A stretch of 64,000 bases of DNA from assembly GCA_026987115.1 (NCBI GenBank), contig JALSNF010000015.1, forward strand, positions 2,537 to 66,536. The letters are read 5' to 3'. This DNA is from Desulfurobacteriaceae bacterium (GTDB taxonomy: Bacteria > Aquificota > Aquificia > Desulfurobacteriales > Desulfurobacteriaceae). Numbering within the stretch: position 1 is the first letter of the stretch; every line of letters begins with the position of its first letter. Position numbers and translations under genes: made by a program. Below, piece by piece: positions 59,059 to 64,000 of the stretch. The notes under the pieces were generated by a model. It did not search any database. It saw only the letters and a program-made list of their open reading frames with translations, and had not been told where the DNA came from.

Positions 59059-59621
59059 ACCTTAACAGCCTCCTTAACGAAGAGTTAGAGGGAAAGTACT
59101 ACCAGACTTCAGACGACAACTCTATTGCCTACGAGCTTTTCAGGGCAAACGTAAGCCCAATAGAGGTGTTAGAGGTATTTATGACGATATTAAAGGAGAG
59201 TCCCAAAGAGAGGCTTTCCCTAAGGGACTTAAGGCCGTTTTTAAGTGAACTTACCCAAAAGGAGCAAGAAAGTAAAGTAATTACCCCTTACGAGAAAGTT
59301 TCTAGACTGATTTCTTACTTAAAGTATCTTTTTGCAGAGCTTGAAGTGGAAGACGACGGGATAATAGGGAAGCTGGAAAAGCTCCTTGAAGAGGAGGAGC
59401 TCTTTAAGATAGAGAAGGAACTTTACAAAGTAGAGGAGGAGCTCTTTAAACTCCTTGAAGCAACTTCCCCTTTTTACCAAGAGTGCCTTAAGAAGGCCTT
59501 AAAGGCTACAAACAGGTTCTCCTTTTATTGGAAAGGGAAAGTCCTAGAGATAACGAGGAAGGCCATAATAAAGAAGTGTTTAAGGGAAAAGCATGGAATC
59601 CCGGAGTTCTCAGCTCTTTAA
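59022..59621 (+). CDS. Hypothetical coiled-coil protein (199 aa)
   Basis: ORF with ATG after AGGAG, overlapping the glnE end by 37 nt and the next gene by 29 nt. It has a central Glu/Leu/Lys heptad-like stretch (LEKLLEEEELFKIEKELYKVEEELFKLLE). No family recognised. Confidence 0.5.
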   Translation: MEQRGDFKRYLIDLNSLLNEELEGKYYQTSDDNSIAYELFRANVSPIEVLEVFMTILKESPKERLSLRDLRPFLSELTQKEQESKVITPYEKVSRLISYLKYLFAELEVEDDGIIGKLEKLLEEEELFKIEKELYKVEEELFKLLEATSPFYQECLKKALKATNRFSFYWKGKVLEITRKAIIKKCLREKHGIPEFSAL

Positions 59622-60261
59622 ACTGCTAGACTACCCAAGAGGGAACCCAGAGAGGGGGAGGGAGCTCTACCAAAAGCTGAAAGAAAGGGGAATCTCTGAA
59701 CTTGAGTTCGTTGCAAAGGGATATAGGGGAGTTGTCTTTAAGGGAAGGTTAAACGGAAAAGAGGTGGCGGTAAAGGTTAAAAGGTCTGATGCAGTTAAAG
59801 AGAACTTAGCCGAAAGGGAGTTTTCCTTCCTAAAGCGCCTTTATGAGCTTTATAAAAGCGAAACTCCGGCGCCTAAACCCTACTTTGCAGGAAAAGAGTT
59901 TATAGTAATGGAGTGGATTGAAGGAAAGAGGTTTTTGGAGGCCTTTAAGGAAAGCCCAAGGGAAACCGTTAAGTTGGCCCTTAAGGCCTGCTACCTCCTT
60001 GATAAGGGAGGAGTTGAGCACTCAGAGATAAAGGGAGGAAAACACCTTATAAGAACTAAAGGGAAGGTAAAGGTAATAGACTTTGAAAGCGCAAAGCTAA
60101 AAGATAGACCTAGAAACCTTCTCCAGTTTGTAGGCTACTACTTAATAGGAAAAGAGCTTTATAGAGTGTTGGGAGTGAATCTTGAAAGGTTAAGGGAGCT
60201 CCTTGAATCCTACAAAAATGAGCCGGAAGTTGCCTACCGTCAGCTGGAAAGCCTCTTTTGA
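59593..60261 (+). CDS. Minimal protein-kinase-fold protein (RIO/Bud32/COG2112-like)
   Basis: 222 aa with a Gly-rich loop ([11 protein letters not shown]), a VAVKVK lysine, the hinge VMEWIEG, the catalytic-loop analogue [11 protein letters not shown] and the metal-binding analogue VIDFESA. Confidence 0.6.
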   Translation: MESRSSQLFKLLDYPRGNPERGRELYQKLKERGISELEFVAKGYRGVVFKGRLNGKEVAVKVKRSDAVKENLAEREFSFLKRLYELYKSETPAPKPYFAGKEFIVMEWIEGKRFLEAFKESPRETVKLALKACYLLDKGGVEHSEIKGGKHLIRTKGKVKVIDFESAKLKDRPRNLLQFVGYYLIGKELYRVLGVNLERLRELLESYKNEPEVAYRQLESLF

Positions 60262-60285
60262 CATCTTTAACTCTTTTCCTATAAT
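60258..60285 (+). promoter_or_regulatory. Consensus sigma-70 promoter of the rpmH-rnpA-yidD-yidC operon
   Basis: TTGACA (60258-60263, overlapping the kinase stop), a 16-nt spacer, then TATAAT (60280-60285), 34 nt upstream of the rpmH TTG start. Confidence 0.65.
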
Positions 60286-60319
60286 TCCACTTCACACCAA
60301 TACCTTGGAGGTGGTTAAG

Positions 60320-60481
60320 TTGTCAACCAAGAGGACCTACCAACCAAGTAGAATACACGGAAAGAGAGTTCACGGCTTTAGAGCGAGAATGAAGAGCAAA
60401 AGCGGAAGGGAAATCCTCCGTAGGAGGAGGAAAAAGGGACGCTGGAAACTAACGGTAAGCGACGAGTGGAAGAGAAGGTAA
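60320..60481 (+). CDS. rpmH: 50S ribosomal protein L34
   Basis: TTG start after GGAGGTGG gives (M)[45 protein letters not shown], followed by a 7-aa tail SDEWKRR. Confidence 0.9.
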   Translation: MSTKRTYQPSRIHGKRVHGFRARMKSKSGREILRRRRKKGRWKLTVSDEWKRR

Positions 60482-60837
60482 GGTTTACCCTTTCTAAAAA
60501 CGAAAGGTTAAGGAAAGATAAAGAGTTTAAAAGGGTTTTTGACCACGGGAGGAGCCTTGGTGGCCTTACCGTGGCCTTTTACTTTTTAGAAAACGACTTA
60601 GGGTACCCTAGAGCCGGCTTTATAGCCAGCAAGAAGGTATCAAAGAGGGCCGTTGACAGAAACAGGGCAAAGAGGTTAATGAGGGAAGTCTTCAGGCTTA
60701 ACAAGCACAAGCTCAAACCCTACGACATAATCTTCATTGCCAGAAAGGGAATCTTAGGGAAAAAGTACTCTGAAGTTGAGGAAGACTTCCTGAAACTGGC
60801 TGTTAAAGCCGGTATTTTAAAGGAGAAGAAGGCTTGA
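60466..60837 (+). CDS. rnpA: RNase P protein component
   Basis: 123 aa and basic, with [17 protein letters not shown] and the RNR-like motif [16 protein letters not shown] start inside the rpmH tail. Confidence 0.85.
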   Translation: MEEKVRFTLSKNERLRKDKEFKRVFDHGRSLGGLTVAFYFLENDLGYPRAGFIASKKVSKRAVDRNRAKRLMREVFRLNKHKLKPYDIIFIARKGILGKKYSEVEEDFLKLAVKAGILKEKKA

Positions 60838-61040
60838 AGTATTTAGCTATACTACTAATAAGGTTTTATCAGAAATTCATATCGCCCTTAACTCCCGGAA
60901 GTTGCAGGTATTATCCTACCTGTTCAAACTACGCCATATTGGCAATAGAGAAGTACGGGTTTTTAAAGGGAAGTTTAAAAGCTTTTTACAGGATATTAAG
61001 GTGCAATCCCTTTTCAAAGGGGGGAATTGACTACCCGTAA
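60834..61040 (+). CDS. yidD: Membrane protein insertion efficiency factor YidD
   Basis: 68 aa with [24 protein letters not shown] and [13 protein letters not shown] motifs. TTGA overlap with rnpA. Confidence 0.85.
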   Translation: MKYLAILLIRFYQKFISPLTPGSCRYYPTCSNYAILAIEKYGFLKGSLKAFYRILRCNPFSKGGIDYP

Positions 61041-61052
61041 GGAGAAGAAAAG

Positions 61053-62522
61053 ATGAAAAAAAAGGACAGCAAGCTTTTAGTTCTAATACAGTCTTTAGCA
61101 CTTGCCCTACTGGTGGTTGTAGCCTTCCAGTTTTTCTTCGGTAAAGGTAAAGAGGAAAAGAGTAGGGAGGTTGTAAAGGAGCAAGGGAGGCCACGAGAGG
61201 TTGAGATATTGCCCTCAAAGGAGCTTGGGAGGATAGTAAAAGTAGAAACTCCCCTTTACAGGGCTGAGTTTTCAACTGTAAACGGGAAGTTGGTCTCCTT
61301 TTGGGTTAAAAAGTACAACTACCAAGCAGTGTCAAGGTTTGCAAGGGAAACCGGAATATATCCCTTAACGACTCTGGCTTCAAACAAGGAGCTCTCTAAA
61401 GAGCTTTCCTCCCTCAACTTAACCCCAAGTAGTGATTCTCTAACGGTTAAAGACAAACCTGAGAAGTTGACCTTTAAGGGGGAGCTCCCAGACGGAAGGG
61501 AGTTTACTAAAGAGCTTACCTTCTACCCTGACTCTTACAGAATAGGAGTTAAAACCTACCTAAAAGGGGCGGAGCTCTACACCGTAATAGGGCCTGACAT
61601 TAACTTAAGCGGGAACGAAAAGAGAAGCCATGTAGGTCCGGTAGTTGAAACGAAGGAAAAGATATACAGGCTCAATCCAAAAGAGATAAACGGTTTCCTC
61701 TCCTTTAACAATGTCCTTTGGGCAGGTGAAGAGGAGCACTACTTCCTGATGGCTGCAAAGGACAGCTCTTTTCCTGTAGTGGTTAAAGGATTAGGTAGCG
61801 GGCATACTTTAATTAAGGCTTTAGCTAACGACTTTACCTTTTACAGTGGTCCAAAGGAGCTTAAAGAGCTTGAAAAGCTGGGAATGGAAAGCGCCATAGA
61901 CTTTGGAATCCTCGGCTTTCTTGCAAAACCACTTTTAAAGTTCTTCCTCTTCCTTCACAAGTTCATACCCAACTGGGGAATAGAGATAATCGTATTTACC
62001 CTTATCATAAAACTCATCCTTCACCCCTTAACTCACAAGAGCTTTGTTTCTATGAAGAAGATGCAAAAGATAGCTCCAAAGCTTGAAGAGATAAAGAGAA
62101 AGTACGGAAACGACCCTCAAAAACTTCAAGAAGAGACGATGAAGATTTACAAAGAAGAGGGAATCAACCCTGCAAGTGGTTGTCTTCCTATGCTCCTTCA
62201 GATTCCAATATTCATAGCACTTTACGAGCTCTTTTTGAACGCCGTTGAACTAAAGGGGGCAAGCTTCCTCTGGCTTAAGGACCTCTCCCAGCCTGACCCT
62301 ACCTACGCACTCCCAATTTTAATGGGCCTTTCAATGATAGTTCAGCAGTACCTAACGCCTACGACAAACAAACAGCAACAGTACATCTTCTACGCTATGG
62401 CCCTCTTTTTTACCTTCCTCTTTGCAAGTTTCCCTGCAGGGCTGGTTCTCTACTGGCTTACAAACAACTTAATTACTGCAGTTCAAAACTTGATAATTAC
62501 GAGACTTCACAAGGAAGGCTAA
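61053..62522 (+). CDS. yidC: Membrane protein insertase YidC
   Basis: 489 aa with an N-terminal anchor, a periplasmic P1 domain and the 60-kDa-IMP core (KMQKIAPKLEEIKRKYGNDPQKLQEETMKIYKEEGINP, GCLPMLLQIPIF). Confidence 0.9.
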   Translation: MKKKDSKLLVLIQSLALALLVVVAFQFFFGKGKEEKSREVVKEQGRPREVEILPSKELGRIVKVETPLYRAEFSTVNGKLVSFWVKKYNYQAVSRFARETGIYPLTTLASNKELSKELSSLNLTPSSDSLTVKDKPEKLTFKGELPDGREFTKELTFYPDSYRIGVKTYLKGAELYTVIGPDINLSGNEKRSHVGPVVETKEKIYRLNPKEINGFLSFNNVLWAGEEEHYFLMAAKDSSFPVVVKGLGSGHTLIKALANDFTFYSGPKELKELEKLGMESAIDFGILGFLAKPLLKFFLFLHKFIPNWGIEIIVFTLIIKLILHPLTHKSFVSMKKMQKIAPKLEEIKRKYGNDPQKLQEETMKIYKEEGINPASGCLPMLLQIPIFIALYELFLNAVELKGASFLWLKDLSQPDPTYALPILMGLSMIVQQYLTPTTNKQQQYIFYAMALFFTFLFASFPAGLVLYWLTNNLITAVQNLIITRLHKEG

Positions 62523-62525
62523 ATA

Positions 62526-63803
62526 ATGGAAGGGGACGGGAGTTTAACGGGCTACATAGTAGCCCTTTTAGTCCTCATAGTCTTTTCCGGGCTCTTTTCG
62601 GCTTCAGAGACGGCTTTCTTTTCACTGAACACCTTAAGGCTTGAGAGGCTGGCAAAGGAGGGGAACAAAAAGGCAAGAGAGCTCTTAAACCTCCTTCAAA
62701 GGCCCGCTGAGCTCATCGCAACGATTCTCCTTGGAAACGAAATGGTAAACGTGGGAATATCTGCAACCTCTGCAGTCCTGTTCGTTAAACTCTTTGGGGA
62801 GGAGAAGGGAGCTCTCTTAACCGTTCCGATTACTGTAATCACCCTCTTAATATTCGGTGAAGTTACTCCAAAGACTTTAGCGATAAAGTATGCAGAGTCC
62901 TATGCCTTTTTCGTCCTTCCCTTTATTAAGCTCTTTTATTACATAACTTTACCTCTTAGGAAAGTTTTAGTGGGCTTTGCCTCTTTAGTACTTAAGCCTT
63001 TCGGGATAGAGCTCTTTAGCTCCCCAAAGGCGATGACAGAGGAGGAGTTTATGCTCCTTGTTTCTCAAGGGGCAAAAGAGGGAACTATAGCTCAAGAAGA
63101 GAAGGAGCTTATAGACAGAACCCTTGATTTAGGAGAGGTCCTGGTTAAGGAAATTATGGTTCCAAAGCACAAAATCTTTGCCTTAAAGGAGGACATGAGC
63201 GTAGAGGAAGCTCTCAATCTCCTTGAGCAGGTCAAGTTCTCAAGGATACCGGTATATAAAGATTCTTTAGACCACATAACGGGGATACTCTATACCAGGA
63301 GGATTTTACCCCTTAATTTAAGTAAAGAAGACCTTAAAAGGCCCATAAAAGAACTTGCAGACGAGCCCTTTTTCGTTCCAGAGTTCCTGACAATTGACAA
63401 GCTCTTAGAGGAGATGCAGAGGACTAAGAAACACATGGCGGTTATAGTTGACGAGTACGGAAACACGGCGGGGATAGTCACCCTTGACGACATCTTAAGG
63501 GAGATAGTAGGGGAGCTCCCAGACGAGAAGAAAGGCCATCAGCCTGAATACAAGAGACTTTCTCAGGAAACTTTCATCTTCTCAGGAGAAACTCCAATAG
63601 AGGAGCTAAAGGAGGTGCTAGACCTTAAAGAAGAGGAGATTTTGGAAGAGGTTGACACCCTTTCAGGTCTGATAATGGCTCTTTTAGGGAAGATACCTAA
63701 AGAAGGGGAAAAGGTAGATTTCCAGAACTACCGCTTTACAGTTGAGAATATGGACGGAAACAGAATAGACAAGGTTTTAGTGGAGAGGCTAAAGTGGAAG
63801 TAG
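62526..63803 (+). CDS. CNNM/CorC-family transporter (DUF21 + CBS pair + CorC_HlyC)
   Basis: 425 aa with a DUF21 membrane domain (FSASETAFFSLN), a CBS pair (VKEIMVPKHKIF...FSRIPVY...HMAVIVDEYGNTAGIVTLDDIL) and a C-terminal transporter-associated domain. Confidence 0.85.
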   Translation: MEGDGSLTGYIVALLVLIVFSGLFSASETAFFSLNTLRLERLAKEGNKKARELLNLLQRPAELIATILLGNEMVNVGISATSAVLFVKLFGEEKGALLTVPITVITLLIFGEVTPKTLAIKYAESYAFFVLPFIKLFYYITLPLRKVLVGFASLVLKPFGIELFSSPKAMTEEEFMLLVSQGAKEGTIAQEEKELIDRTLDLGEVLVKEIMVPKHKIFALKEDMSVEEALNLLEQVKFSRIPVYKDSLDHITGILYTRRILPLNLSKEDLKRPIKELADEPFFVPEFLTIDKLLEEMQRTKKHMAVIVDEYGNTAGIVTLDDILREIVGELPDEKKGHQPEYKRLSQETFIFSGETPIEELKEVLDLKEEEILEEVDTLSGLIMALLGKIPKEGEKVDFQNYRFTVENMDGNRIDKVLVERLKWK

Positions 63804-64000
63804 CTCTTCTCATCCTCTTGTGCGTCCTCTCTGAGGCCTTTTTCTCTGGAAGTGAAATAGCCATAGTCTCCCTTCCAAAGGTGGAGCTCCAGAAAAAACT
63901 TAAAGAGGGAGATAAGAGAGCTCTCCTTCTAGAAAGGCTCCTTAAAGAGCCGGAAAAGCTCCTTTCAACGACCTTAATTGGAACGAACCTCTCCACGGTA
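63794..64000 (+). CDS. Second CNNM/CorC-family transporter, 5' fragment (runs off the window)
   Basis: GTG 63794 opens VEVALLILLCVLSEAFFSGSEIAIVSLPKVELQKKLKEGDKRALLLERLLKEPEKLLSTTLIGTNLSTV, a DUF21 N-terminus paralogous to the preceding gene. It is open to the window end. The track only shows its antisense shadow. Confidence 0.7.
   Translation, partial: MEVALLILLCVLSEAFFSGSEIAIVSLPKVELQKKLKEGDKRALLLERLLKEPEKLLSTTLIGTNLSTV

Noticed and set aside
60262-60319. Possible replication origin next to rpmH-rnpA-yidC, which is a classic oriC neighbourhood.
   Set aside because: dnaA is not adjacent and the spacer is only 58 bp, occupied by a promoter. There are no clustered DnaA boxes. The only near-match I noticed (TTATCCACG at 16530-16538) is isolated inside the macro-domain gene.

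Overview
This is a very gene-dense 64-kb window with about 75 protein genes on both strands and almost no non-coding DNA. It looks like core chromosome from a thermophilic, deep-branching bacterium. The proteins are rich in Lys/Glu/Ile/Val, GGAGG Shine-Dalgarno sites are strong, TTG/GTG starts are common, and many neighbouring genes overlap. An Aquificota-like origin is my inference only; no database search was possible. The content is overwhelmingly housekeeping. It includes minCDE, purH, an SPFH/NfeD pair, alr, prmA, system-II cytochrome c biogenesis (resB-ccsA), cca, clpC, rsmE and rluD-mutS. It continues with tRNA-Leu(GAG), an MthK-like K+ channel, fabG-acpP, acpS-pdxJ, prs-rpe, hrcA, SRP RNA, leuC, nadD, pgk, trmFO, ppx and ugd. 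The last third carries two peptide ABC permeases, mraY, cysE, ilvBHC, a PabB-like enzyme, kpsF, rpoN-glnE, rpmH-rnpA-yidD-yidC and two CNNM/CorC genes. I saw no transposase, integrase, CRISPR array, restriction or defence gene, or prophage, so I cannot point to a convincing self-contained novel system. Five observations seem most worth following up. (1) The palindrome GAGCTC/GGAGCTCC is hyper-abundant in all reading frames and in intergenic DNA, resembling the cyanobacterial HIP1 word. (2) Two real small genes fall below the ORF-track cutoff: a YacG-type zinc finger overlapping mutS, and a rubredoxin joined by an ATGA overlap to an LPS heptosyltransferase. (3) rpoN, glnE, an unknown 199-aa protein and a minimal archaeal-type kinase with an HxE catalytic loop form an overlapping gene string. 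(4) A CDP-alcohol phosphatidyltransferase sits 1 nt from an archaeal-type stand-alone ribosylamino reductase. (5) A RusA-like resolvase occurs outside any prophage context. All counts are hand counts and all family assignments rest on motifs read from the translations.
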